Positions 25,296 through 38,742 of a stretch of DNA of 64,000 bases are shown in pieces (position 1 is the stretch's first letter; the number at the start of each line of letters is the position of its first letter). Under the pieces are notes generated by a model, which ran no database searches, was not told where the DNA came from, and worked only from the letters and a program-made list of their open reading frames with translations. A program made the translations under genes and the position numbers. This DNA comes from Heptranchias perlo (lineage: Eukaryota): the NCBI RefSeq assembly GCF_035084215.1, contig NC_090361.1, positions 3,286,001 through 3,350,000 on the forward strand. Reading direction: 5' to 3'.

Positions 25296-26289
25296 AGTCA
25301 CAGGCTATGTGATACATAAACTTTACAAGTATTGGTCAATATAAGCAGTAGCTGGAAAAAAATTTATGCACAAGTATTTTGTACAAAACTGTTATGATAT
25401 TAAAAATGTTGATCAGCACGACCTACATCCATGTGACACTGATATACATGTAAGGCAACAGAGACAACAAGCCCTCAGCAATGAGTCCGGACTTGTGTGA
25501 TGTTTTTATTTCCCTCTTTAAACTAAATTTAAATTGACAGTAGTTAAGCCAAAATAAGAACTATATATACACATTACCCTAAAAATGCTTTTTTTAAATT
25601 ATTTTTTTGTTTTAGAAGCTAAAAAAAAAATCCTTTCCTCACAGATTACAGGTAAAAGTGCAGTCATCACTTCAGGACGCCCTTGGCAGGTGAGAGAGGG
25701 GCTTTAGATGTTAAAAGGGAGGTGAATTTTGCTGGCTGGCCAAACTGAACGTTGGCAAAGCGGTTCAACCCATTCCCCTTCAATTCTCGGAGCCCACTCT
25801 CAGCAAGGTAGTACACAGAGCTCGTCACCTCACTCTTAACCCATAACATTGGGATTCAAATTATTATTTTTAAGTGGAGAAACTGCTGAAATGAGACATT
25901 TGGAAATCTTGTATTAAAGCTGTATTATTTCTACTTTTAGAAGTAGTCTACTATCCCATTATCTGGAACCCAGATATTTTTTTTCTCCTTTACATTCTCT
26001 TCCCCCGCTTCCCTCAAGTAATATTCCATCAGTGACTTGTTTATACCACCCTGAGTGTTGTACAATAGACATTCTACAACATGGTCTTTTGAGGCGACGG
26101 AGCAAGCTATAGTGTGCTTGGTTCACTCGTTAATGAAGAGCCCTAAAGAACAGGTATCCGATGAGGCTGTGGTGGATTGGAGGGCTACAGATTCTCCAAA
26201 TAAATACACATTTAACCTTGGCTTCAGTATTACAGTGAAATCACTTAACCTTTAACTCCCATTTGGACCAAGAATTCCATTGGACCAAG

Positions 26290-26450
26290 CCACTTCCCAT
26301 TCACTCCCATTGTATAGACTTCTATTGATGAAACCACTTCCCATTCACTCCCATTGTATAGACTTCTATTGATGAAACCACTTCCCATTCACTCCCATTA
26401 TATGCACGTTCGTTGATCAAGTCACTGCCCATTCATTCCCACTGTATACA
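26290..26450 (+). repeat. 44-bp tandem repeat, ~4 copies
   Basis: CCACTTCCCATTCACTCCCATTGTATAGACTTCTATTGATGAAA at 26290 and 26334; diverged copies at 26378 and ~26422. Confidence 0.85.
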
Positions 26451-29400
26451 ATTCCATACCCAAGTACAAAATTTTTCCCTAATTGTGGGTTCTCACATTT
26501 TATGGTCAGCACGGTAGTCAGTAATCATTTGCACACTAATACTTCTTTTTAGATTATTTTTGTATAAAAGTGTCTGCATTTGGATCCAGTGACAGCACAA
26601 GTCATTCTAAACACACTGAAGCACTAATATTTAGTTGATCTTCTCAAGTGCCCAACGTAATTCAATTGATTAGTTTAATATTAAGACATCCTTTATCTCA
26701 GTTGCATCTAACTTTCATCTTTCATTGTCATGCGAAGAATTCCAGGGAAACAGATGGCTGAAAGGCAATAATTCAACTAAACAATTTTGATCACGCCATA
26801 ACCCCCCAACTGCTGACTGTTACTCTTTATAAAAAAACTATTTTGTTTCAAGGTGAGGGATGTTTGTCCCATTTCTAAAACTCTTTCTTGTTTCAGTGTC
26901 AGCATCAAGCACACCCAGGTTTGGGCACAATGGTTAGATACTAAGTAAAGCTCCCTCTATCCTGCCCCAACAATGTGCCTCAGCTCCAATTACATTTCTC
27001 AAATCAGAGTGTAGGCTCAGAGTGTCAAACTAAGGGCACTTTTGGTCTGCATGTGCAAATACATTTAACATAGGCAGACAGAAGCAGCTTTCATTCCACT
27101 AGTCTGAGCAGGATTGGAACATGGGGTCTCCCTGTAGTGCATCGTTGAGGCAGTGCAAGAGAGGCGAAAACTGGAATGATGCTGGTGTCTGATTCTACTG
27201 CATCACATGAGCAGCATCAGGATCTGTGGCAGATAAACAGGAAGTATCCTACAGACTGTATTACTCAGTTATTGTAGCCAGTTTCACATATTCTCTTGCC
27301 TTTAATGTGCAGTCCTTATTTTTTGGAAGTTTGCCGAGGTGAAGTCTTGGAAAGGTCAGCATACAGCTGCCTAATAAGACACCTCAGAGCCTGTCATCGT
27401 AATGCAAATACAGTATGGCTATTCGAGCACTAGGTGTCACCACCATGTTAACAAGTATATCATAAACAGGCAGCGTCTCATTCCCACTCCAACGCTCCCT
27501 CTAAAAAGACTTCTGGAATCTACAACTGAAACCCCCCCACCCAAGGATCGGATATGGGAGAGGAAGGCCTGATAGGTCCCACTTGTTTCTTCCTCTTTGT
27601 GTCAATGCACCCTTTTCCCCTTGGCCCCTCCCTCTCCTGAAGGCGCTGACTCTGGTTGGATACTGGCCACCTCACCAAGTGACCGTTCTTCATGAATGAA
27701 TCTGGACAATGACGACGAGGAACGGGCATCACAACCAACCTCGATCCTATCCTCCCCCCAACATTCACACACACGCACTTCCAGCAGAAGTCCCTGAACA
27801 GCAGTCAGAAGTGGGAACCCTGACTGATGTTTACCCCCCCCCCCCCCCCCCCCCACCGCTTAACCCGAGGGCAGTAAGCCGATTGTAACTCTCCCATCCT
27901 GGCTGAGATCAGCACACTCGGGACTGACTGCAGATCAATCCTGGGACCATACGGTTCACCTACTCACTGGATACATTCATTGGGGGAACCCTGTTTCTTG
28001 CAGGTGAGATGCACCCAGACAGTTCTGCTCTTCACCACAAACTCTGATGGTCCTTCTATGACCTCCCAGCCCCATTGTTGTCAGTAAACCTCTGAACTCA
28101 CATCCTGGAGAGGGAATGGAGTATAAGTGAGATGGAGGAAACGCTCACCAGTTCTAAGTGAACAGTGAAACATGCAATAAAAAAAAATCCCTATAAAACG
28201 ATTTCTTCTTACAGTACAAGTCTCTCCTCCCATTTTTCAGCCTCTTAGTTGACCAGATCTCACCCTTGCTTCCAAAAGAGTGACTGTAAACTGTCAATAA
28301 TAACAAGGCTCCTGTCAGGAGGCTACACTTTGCCTCCAGGTAACAGCTAAAAGAAAAAGAAAATCACTGTACAAATACAGTGCATGTTCTCCAGCCATTG
28401 TTACTGCAGCAATTTAAGTTCTGCGGTGCTGGGATTCTGCTTGGTATGGCGGGTGACTCACATACTATGTGCACGCACATATGTTTGATTAAAAAAAATC
28501 CAGAATTGCGGGCCGGGACCAGTAGATTACAGCGACTGAACGTCATAGTCCGTTTATATTACGTGACTCTGGAATTTTTGTGGGTCGCGTTCCACAATTC
28601 CATCTGTTTTTCTGTAAAAACGCAAAAGCCAGTGGTGTTGCCTATAATAAACAAGGGGGCTGCTGTTCCCTATGATCAGGACCACTGGCGGCTGAATAAG
28701 TCAAACTGTATTCTTATTCTAGGGGATTCGGGGGGAGCAGGTACTGATGTTTTGGCATCACATCCCATGCTAGAATTGGGAAATGTACCTCCAGGCAACA
28801 GAAAGGGGAAACCAGGCTGTGCTTCCTGATCCTTATCAGGTGACTCCTCCTGCAAAGAGAGCGTATGCAGGTGCCAGCTGAGGACAGCATCAGGTTTGAC
28901 AGTGATGCTCCTCACAGTCGAATAGCCGTCTAGGCTCACAAATGAAGACTGGCTACTTGGCTGAGGTCACAGATGGCTGACCCTGTCGATGGAACTGTAC
29001 CCAAGTGTGAGTCACCACCTCAAGACAATTGGTCGAGGCCGAGAAGACAGTGCGAGGCTTTTTGAAAACTTGACTGGATTGATAAAGCTTTTAAAAATGG
29101 TACAAAGGTGTTGGTGAGTCATTTTACTCTTTTTCTAAGTTTAAAAATGTCCTGAATTTCTTGGGCACCAGAATCTGAACATATATAATACTGAAAAGAC
29201 CAGACTGCTGAATAGAACGGTGAGTCACTAATTTCTCTCTTATAGTGTTCCTACTTTTAATAGGATTCTCAAAATGGCAGAAAACACTTCAGGAACAGAT
29301 TTAGGCAGGGTCTTAAAAAAAAAAAGGGAGGGGTGGGATGAGGTAGGATATTGTGATAAAAGAATTTTCTTAAAGGGGAACACGCCTCCTATGGAAACAC

Positions 29401-31947
29401 AGGTGATTGGGGAAATAGAAACCAGCCTTAAAAGGAAAATGCCTATCTGAATGTGGAGTTGGGAGATTGTGTGAATGGCACAGAACGACCCAAGGTAACG
29501 CTCTTACCAATGATGATACTCAACATGGCAGGAGGTCGATGCCTTATCTCTCCAATAAAGCCATTATTTAAACACAGTACCTGGTACAATCATCGGACTC
29601 CTCCCCGGACTCAAAAGGAAGACTTGGGACGGCCCTACAGTTTTGAACATCTACAATATTGTATATAGGTCTGGGAGGGACTCACTGAGTAACTCTTCCA
29701 ACTCTACCCCCTCCCCTTCCCTCCACCCCAACCACAGGGCCTTGCTGCAACCCTCCCAGCATCTAAGACCGCACCGACTTTCAGTTTATCGTCTCTGATC
29801 ATTTTAAACAACTATTGCCTTTTTTCCACAATGTTCTGTGAGCGAGCAGCTGATAACACGGGTTCGCGATACTGACCTGTAACCGGCAGATAGAACGTAG
29901 GACAAAGGAAACGGCCATCTTTATAATACTCATTCCGATTGCACATAATCCATAATATCGGAAAAGGTTAGGGAGAGACCAGCTGGTACACAATGGAACC
30001 GGTCTCCACCGCGGTTCTTATGCAGGGCTCGCTGGCAATGGTGTCCTTTAATTAAGAAAAAGATGTCAGACCTACGTTGCTGGTCCAGGGCGCTGGTAAA
30101 CATGGTAATTATGGCGCCAACTGCCTGCTGTTTATACAAGCCTAAATGGCAAAAAAAAGAGCGGTATGATTCCCTTTGAGGACTGAAGGGTCTATTCTAG
30201 ATTCAGTAACAAACCGACATCCACCCCTATTTAATAAAATAAAACTGTAAAATGCGTAATATTGACATTTTATAGAACTGTAGGAGAATCTTTCTTTGCT
30301 AAAGTATGCATTTTCCACAAAGTGTCTCTCCCTTTCTCCGTCCCCCTAAACTGGATGTGTCTATAAGATGACACTTCAATACATCTCACTAATTAAAAAA
30401 AAAGTTATTACTATTTCTGTACCTTTTAAAAAATATATTTAAAATGAAACAACGTCTAATTTATAGTCGGTGTGTTGGTGTCCTGTGTTAAGCTCAGTAC
30501 AATCTCGAGCACCATTCCCCTATTTCACATTGCTGGCTTTGGTAACCCACGGGAGCAGATGTCCCGCAATTTATTTTGTCAGTTTTGTGCTCATCAAGGT
30601 GAGGGATGGAACATCCTAGGTCAGGTACAGTACCATTTGATGGAGAGTAGAACTCTGCTACACTGCCCCAGCAATGAAGAGCACCCCAACCATGCCTGTT
30701 CAGACGTGCCAGAGTTTGTGCACAATCTACATCTTCCAGAATGAACCAGTCTCAACATCAGAGATCGCATCATAGAGAAGGTCAGTGGATTAACAAGTTA
30801 ACGTATGCATGGTCCATGTGATCACCAGGACTGGGGTCGGAGAGGAATTTTCCAGGGTATTTTTTCCCTTATCAGCCCTGAGTTTTTTTTGCCTCTCCTC
30901 GGAGATTCCTTGGCTTTGTTAATTATGTAAATTGTATCTGTAGGGACATATAATGGGGTGGGTGAAGAACAAACATGGCCAATGAAAGGATTTGGGAAAG
31001 AATTTAATAGGATATGCTGAGACACGGTGAGGTAAGAGGGGAAGTATTTTTTGACCGGTTCTTGGGAAATTTGAGCCACTTGGAACACTTTGTTAAAGAG
31101 ATATTGAGATGCAATCGCCTCACCAGGTTTAACAATATTAAATCAAATCACACACTTTAGCAGAGAAAGTCTGTAAAATAGTCAGCACAACCCAAACACC
31201 AGCCAGAGCGATTTCAGTAAACCGGGAACGAATTGGAGCAAACAATCTCAATGTGTGAAGTCTGCCCTTATTTATCAGCACAAACTATGTATCATAAAGC
31301 AGCGCTGCTGCAGTCCTCAAAGGGTTAAAAATTGTGATTGCAGTAAAAAGAGCAGTTTAAAAAAAATTCCTTCAAGACCATAGCTTATGAGACTATTATT
31401 AAATATTACTGTAGTGTTGATTTAGTGAAACAAAAACTGGATGCGCATAAAGGACACAAACTTTGCGTCAACTCCAGGCTCCCCCCCCCCCGCCCAATCC
31501 CCAACTCAGAATGGTGTCACCTTCAGAACTTTAGACTGAGAGGGAGGAAGGGCCAGGAACGAAGAAAACCAACTTGAGAGTTAGAAATGTAACAGTCTCC
31601 ATTTCGGATAGGATGCCTCAACATACCCGATTAATCTAGGCCGCAAGTGTTCAGGGTTCAATCTAGGCAGAGTCTTTAAGCGATTGGCACATCCATGTGT
31701 TGTGTACCCTTTCCACCTACAACCTATGGACGTGCGCAATACCTAACCCATTACATCCCTCCACCTACTCTGTACACACACTTTCACATCTTAAAGACTC
31801 ACTGATGCAGAATAAATAGTTTGTTTTCTTTCTGTACCACCGAACAGTACTTGTGTGCACAAAGATGCCAGATTTTGTGTTCCGCCACTCATGTTTCATT
31901 CTAGATTGAACCCTGCATTTTGACACCTCCCTCCAAGATGGCTCCCG

Positions 31948-32213
31948 TCACTGGGCGGACTCCAAGGAAGATCCTGCCTCGCCCTCGTGATTGGTGGCGT
32001 CGAAGCCCTGCTCCGCGTTCAGTACGTCGGATTCCAGGCTGACCCCGGTAGTGTCCGAGATAAAGGAATGGTAGGCGTCTCCCTCCACCATCAGCAGCTT
32101 CAGCTTGGGAATCCAGCTCTTGCGGACCACCCGACGAGCATTGGTGCACATGTCCGCTGCAATGGCGTTCATCTCGCTCTCCTTGAAGTTGGGGGCGAAG
32201 TTCTGGCAGTAGA
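31948..32213 (-). CDS. NACC1: NACC1 last coding exon (end of BEN domain and C-terminus)
   Basis: [39 protein letters not shown]...[14 protein letters not shown]. Confidence 0.92.
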
Positions 32214-34674
32214 CTTCGGGGGGGGGGGGGGGGAGAAAGGCACCAGCGTTAGAACAATTTGGTTCCCTCTGTTTCCTGATCTCAAATATTCAACACCACA
32301 GTTTCTTTTAAATTCCCTCCCAGTTTTCTCCTGTCCCAAAGGCCTGGACTCTTGCTGGGGATATGGTTCCATGGGGCCTGGCTGTTCTCTAGCATTTAGT
32401 GACCGTTCTCCATGAGTGAGACTATACGGGTGTCTGCTGGTTGTGAAGGGCATCACCGCCTTTCCAACGGTCTCTCCATAACAATCAGAAACGGGAACCC
32501 TGGCTGATTATTTTTCCCTCTCTAGCCCACGGTGCTCAATACGTGCGGCGAGTAGTTAGACCAAGGATTCTGAAGTAAAGTCCATTCACAATATGTCCCA
32601 ACAAAGTCAAATTGGAAAAAGTGATTGGTGCAACAATGATACTGGTTCACGATAAGCGTGATTATCACTCAGAGACCAGTGTTTCCATTGCCGTCAAGTT
32701 TTTTTAATGCTAAATTGCAGTACTTGGGTCTCGTATTGATGTGGCAAGTATTGATATTTGCAGGGTGTTGCACCATATCAAATCATTGTCTTACCCATGA
32801 TATCCTGAGCATGCTTTGTAAACAGGACCTGCGAATATTTACTAAACCATGCGACAGGCCGATCACAGTACTGGAGCGACTTTTATTCTCATTATTCTGA
32901 TGGGCTGTTCAATTTAGATATTATCACATTCCTCTTGTCCCATACTTCTTTGCCATTTCTCTGAGGTCAGCATACTTTTCTGTCTGTCTGCCAGCTCAGT
33001 GTCTCAGGAATTGTGTATTTTTTATATTTTCCATGTTTACTGGCACCAGAAGGACGTCTTTTGCTGTACGTTAATGGAACAATTTTTGCATTGCCAGCAT
33101 TGTTGACAGAGTCTTACAGAAGTTGGGGCAGGTCCACCAAACGCCTCGATTTTAAAATTATCCTCGTGTTCAAATCCGCCCATGGCCCCATTCCAGCTCT
33201 GTAACCTCCTCCAGTCCTACACCCCACCCAGTGCTCTGCGTTTCTCCAACTCTGACCTCTTGTGCATCCCCCACTTCTTTCATCCACCATTAGTGGCCAT
33301 GCCTTAAGCTGCCTAGGCTCTAAGCTCCCTAAACCTCTCCACCTATCTCTCCTTCTTTAAGATCCCCCTTAAAACTTATCTCTTTGACCAAGCTTTTAGC
33401 AACCCATCCTACTATCTCCTTCTTTGGCTCGGTGTTATTTTTTGTCTGATTATGCTGCTTGGGATGTTTAAATTAAAGGCGAGATATAAATGAAAGTTTT
33501 CAGTTTTCGCAAGGAGTCCCCACACAGAAAGGTTTGAAAACTATGGATGGAAACTCATCATAAATCTATTTTAATTCATTTAATTAAAAAAAATGTATTT
33601 AATTAGAACTTGGTATGTTTATATTTCATTATACTGGAACAGCCAGGTAGCAATGCTAATGGAATGAGAGTGTGCAAAACTTGAGAGGGAAAAATCTATT
33701 TGAATAAATGTCTTGGTGCTCATTTAATTTCATGGTTGATGCAGCAGTTTTCCCAGAATACTCCAATAACCTGCATCCAACCAGCAAGTGAAAGGAAACA
33801 GCACAGCTGGTTTGACACCAGGATCGACTGCTCCACTTATCCAGCTGCAATAACAGATGGGAGTGGGAACTACCTGACAAATGGGGCATAAAGGAGCAAT
33901 TTAAGTTAAAAAAACACAAGACTAATTAGCAATTGCCATGATCAGGCTGAGCCCTGCCCATGCAGTTGACTGGCAGCTCTGAAGGTAGAAAAACACACAG
34001 TAATTAGTGCACCTCATCGACACAGGTTTGAGTGGCAATTTAAAATTAATTACAGCTTTTTACATTTTTTTTCTTCTTTAAAACAGATTTTCTCTCTCCC
34101 TCCTCTCCCCAAGGTGCTGACTCGTTGATGAGGAAACAGGGCCTGTTGTCTTCTGGCACCTCACTCAAGTGGCCATTCTTTACATGTGAGCCTAGACAGT
34201 AAGTGTTAGCAGCCTGTCTGACGGCAGGAGCATCACTGTAATGCCCAATTCTACCAGCTCTCCCCTTCCCAGCTGTGATCGGCCACCACAGCAGAGAATT
34301 GCAGCTTATAAACCGTGTACCGATGTGGCGGGCTAGAAGTCCTTTACAAACGGCCTTTGAAGGACTGGCAGATGATTTGCATGGTATTGTGATATGCCAT
34401 GGAGATCGCTGTTTCGAACCGTTGTTCTCCTAACACAGAGAGAGAGTTCCTCATCTCAGCCAGGCTGTCACGGTTAGCAGCATGATGAGAAGAGGCACTT
34501 CCCTCATAGGCAGGGAGCAGGAGACATTCCAAAGGGAAACAAACTGTTCGCAACTAGTTACAGTGCGAGGGAAGTGAGATACAGGTTACTCAGCTATCAC
34601 AGCACTGGCAGGACGCAATGAATGTCCCTACGTGTCAATTGGTGACTTATAACAAAAACAACTTGTATTTATAT

Positions 34675-35688
34675 TTGGAGGAGGGGACCGAGTGTAACAT
34701 TTATATCGATTTGGAGGAGGGGACCGAGTGTAACATATCAAAGTTTGCAGATGGTACAAAGATGGGAGGGAAAGTAGAGAGTGAGGAGGACATAAAAAAC
34801 CTACAAGGGGATATATACAGGCTGGGTGAGTGGGCGGAGATTTGGCAGATGCAATACAATATTGGAAAATGTGAGGTTATGCACTTTGGCAGGAAAAATC
34901 GGAGATCAAGTTATTATCTCAATGGCGAGAAACTGGAAAGTACTGCAGTACAAAGGGATCTGGGGGTCCTAGTGCAAGAAAATCAAAAGGTTAGTATGCA
35001 GGTGCAGCAGGTGATCAAGAAGGCCAACGGAATGTTGGCTTCTATTGCTAGGGGGATAGAATATAAAAACAGGGAGGTATTGCTGCAGTTATATAAGGTA
35101 TTAGTGAGACCGCACCTGGAATACTGCATACAGTTTTGGTCTCCATACTTAAGAAAAGACATACTTGCTCTCGAGGCAGTACAAAGAAGGTTCACTCGGT
35201 TAATCCCGGGGATGAGGGGGCGGACATATGAGGAGAGGTTGAGTAGATTGGGACTCTACTCATTGGAGTTCAGAAGAATGAGAGGCGATCTTATTGAAAC
35301 ATATAAGATTGTGAAGGTGCTTGATTGGGTGGATGCAGTAAGGATGTTCCCAAGGATGGGTGAAACTAGAACGAGGGGGCATAATCTTAGAATAAGGGGC
35401 TGCTCTTTCAAAACTGAGATGAGGAGAAACTTCTTCACTCAGAGGGTGGTAGGTCTGTGGAATTTGCTGCCCCAGGAAGCTGTGGAAGCTACATCATTAA
35501 ATAAATTTAAAACAGAAATAGACAGTTTCCTAGAAGTAAAGGGAATTAGGGGTTACGGGGAGCGGGCAGGAAATTGGACATGATTTTAGATTTGAGGTTA
35601 GGACCAGATCAGCCATGATCTTATTGAATGGCGGAGCAGGCTCGAGGGGCCGATTGGCCTACTCCTGCTCCTATTTCTTATGTTCTTA
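34675..35688 (+). mobile_element. 5'-truncated CR1 LINE with intact RT C-terminal frame, nested in an L2-like element
   Basis: ORF 34618-35583: SKFADGTK, WQMQYNIGKCEVMHFG, RPHLEYCIQFWSP, RGDLIETYKI; tail TATTTCTTATGTTCTTA; host L2 tail interrupted at TTATAT. Confidence 0.9.
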
Positions 35689-37094
35689 TATAGCGTCTTT
35701 AATGTAGTAAAATGTCCCAGGAGCGTAATCAGACAAAAATTGTCACCGTGCCATAGATGGAGACATTAGGACAGGTGACCAAAAGCTTGGTTAAAGAGGT
35801 AGGTTTTAAGGAGTGTTTTAAATGAGGAGAGAGGGAGAGGTTTAGGAAGGGAATTCCATAACTTAGGGCCTAAACAGTTGAAGGCACGGCTGCCAATGGA
35901 GGGACAAAGGAAGTAGGGTATTCACAACAGGTCAGAATTGGAGGAACAGAGTTCTTGGAGGATTATAGGGCTGGAGGAGGTTATAGAAATAGGCGAGGGC
36001 TAGGATATGGAGGAATTTGAACACAAGGATGAGAATTTTAAATTCGAGGCACTGGGAGCCAATGTAGGTCATTTGCAGTGGTTTGAAACCAGCAGATTTC
36101 AAACAATTTAGTTATATTTCTCATACACAAATCCCAGTTATATCCAGTTTTGTATTATTCCCCCTTTGTGTGGAATGTGTTACAAAAGTTTATTTCTCTT
36201 TTTCCCTAACCTATTACTTTAAATCCACAGCACCCCACTAAAAGTGCAGTCAGTTATAATTTTAAACCCCTCCCTTTTGCTGCAGCCTTAACATGACACA
36301 TGCCATTTCCCTGACTGAGGGGCTGTGCAGGGGGACCTTCTCTTGGGCTTTAGCAGTGCTGTATGTTAAACAGCCACCAGGAGGCATGTGAGAGCACACA
36401 GTCCAGTTTAATTCCCCTCTCATTATCTTCTCCCCATGTTGGTGACTGGTGCCAGGCATGGTTCCCTGGGCACTGGCATCTCCCCGATACCCCATCCGAA
36501 CGGGCATTCTTCATCAGTGAGGCTATTCAAATAAGAGGACTTCATAACCAAGCCAGATCTTGCCCGCACTCTATATTTCCAGCAGGAATCACTGGCTATC
36601 AATCCCTGCCTGATTTGTCCCCTCCTTAGACTAGGGGTACTGAGACCTATTGAAGCACTCTCGCCATTGCTTGGGCAGATATATATATATATATACTTTT
36701 TTTTAAAAGTAAAAATAATTTCTCCTTCTCCTTGTTGTGTCAGGTGGTTGGGTGGATGGGAGGCAGCAGAGAAAAGAGAGAATTCTGATCCCCAGTCAGA
36801 TCCCAGCCAAGATGGGGACGGCATATATTTGAAATCCAAGAGGAAAATCCTCGTCCTACCACTCTGTGTGGCAGTACATTGGTATAACAACCCCCCACTG
36901 CACTGGGCTTTCAAACCGGGGTCCCTGGACCCCAGGGGTGGGGCAAGATGGGATTCCAAGGGCTCAGTGAGTTCATCAGATTTCTGTGTTTCTCTGTACA
37001 TGTTGGTATTACTAGTGCTGCTTTACACTGACTTAAAAAAGAAATACTGCAAAGTGGGAACAGTTTCATTTGGGCAGCAGACATTTATCTTCTG

Positions 37095-37295
37095 AATAAA
37101 AACGTGAAATGCTGGAAACACTCCGTAGGTCAGGCAGCATCTGTAGGGAGAGAGGGAGAAACAGAGTTAACATTTCAGGAAACGTTAACGCTGATTCTCA
37201 CTCTCCACAGATGCTGCCTGACCTGCTGAGTGCTCCCAGCATTTTCTGACTTTATTTCCGATTTCCAGCATCTGCAGGATTTTGTTTTTGACTTA
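37095..37295. mobile_element. Penelope-derived inverted-repeat element
   Basis: Arm AAATGCTGGAAACACTC..AGGTCAGGCAGCATCTGTAG complementary to CCACAGATGCTGCCTGACCTGCTGAGTGCTCCCAGCATTT; central GTTAACATTTCAGGAAACGTTAAC. Confidence 0.6.
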
Positions 37296-37511
37296 TCTTT
37301 AGAAGTTAGGACGGGGAGGGGGAAGTGGCCCCGAGATTGTGTCAATATTTACAACGGACCTGCCCCTCCCTCCCTCCCCAAACAGAAACATTTGGAAAAC
37401 TTTGTACTGGGTCACTCCCTCTGATTGTTACAGTCTGTACACATCCACAGATGCTGCTGAAGCCACCGGTGCCTTGGCTGCCCTGTGAGCACAGAGTCAG
37501 GTCCCACGTTA

Positions 37512-37655
<144 letters not shown>

Positions 37656-38256
37656 CTAAACAAATCCGCAGAATGTTGCGGTGTGAACAGCTGCTTTCCC
37701 ACTCAAATCCTTTCGAGGGCAGTTAACTCTCTTGGAATAGGCTGCTCTCTGGTGCCTTGTTTTATGAAACTTTCTGGAACTCGGGCTGAATTTACAACTC
37801 TCCCTCTCCCTCCCCCGAAAACGCTGGCACACTAAACGTCGGCAGGTTACTCAAGCATGAGGGGCGTGCACTCAGTCCCTGACTGCTTAATGCAAAGCAT
37901 CAGAGTTTAAGGGACGGCTGGTACCTTCAGTCCGAATAGGTGCTCCTTCATTTACCCTTTAGCCTCATTCTCTCTCTCTCGGTTGCAATATTTCCGTCTG
38001 TACTTCATCGTACCTTTTGACATTTAATCACTCCTGCCCTCCACTCTATCGCAGACCTCTCCCTTTTGTTCTTTTCCTGGCTCCGTACTTGCTTAAAAGC
38101 TGTTCATCTTTAACATCTTCCAGTTCCAATGAAAGGTCAACGACCTGAAATGTTAACTCTCTCTCCCCGCAGAGGCTGCCTCACCTGCCGAGTGTTTCCC
38201 AGCACTTTTTTTTTAAATTCCTTTTTTTATTTCACTTTGTTTCCTGCTCATCTTAC

Positions 38257-38362
38257 CGGTCAAAAAAGGACGCGAGCAGCCTTCGGAGCAGGACTTTGTG
38301 GCGTGTCCCTGCGCAGACATGGCAATTCATTAACTGGGCTCGAGTGATAAAGACGCTGGTTC
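38257..38362 (-). CDS. NACC1: NACC1 coding exon 3 (BEN domain)
   Basis: [36 protein letters not shown]; acAG / GTAAGA. Confidence 0.92.
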
Positions 38363-38520
38363 CTGTCAAAAAAAAAGAAACTCAAGAGATTGCTCTTCAC
38401 AACATTAAACAGCCCAGACATGAGCAGGGCAACCGCTGGTGTGAGGTCCAACCTGGTGGAGCAGCTGGGGAGCGGGAAGGCCTCGTTTGCGGTGAAAGGT
38501 GTCTGATTCGTGGCCTGTAC

Positions 38521-38697
38521 CTGTTACAAGTTCCAGTTTCTCAGTGGGATCCCCCTCCGCGTAGAGCTTGGGGTGACATCGGTTTCCAATCTGGGTGATC
38601 AGTTCAGCTGGCAACGCCGCCAGGTCTCTCCTCATCCGCACCCTCGAGCGGGCGTCTGTGGTCAGGTGATCTGGCAGGGCTTCGACCCGCTCGGCCG
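38521..38697 (-). CDS. NACC1: NACC1 coding exon 2
   Basis: [10 protein letters not shown]...[35 protein letters not shown]; ccAG / GTACAG. Confidence 0.9.
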
Positions 38698-38742
38698 CTG
38701 GCAAGAAGACAAAAAAAAACACGGATCTGGTGGTAAAGTATG

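Noticed and set aside
34618-35583. 321-aa ORF as a host gene
   Set aside because: It is the C-terminal part of a CR1 reverse transcriptase, 5'-truncated
36423-37001. 192-aa minus-strand ORF as an alternative NACC1 terminal exon
   Set aside because: Nearby acceptors give immediate stops in the NACC1 frame, there is no recognisable homology, and it overlaps a dispersed repeat
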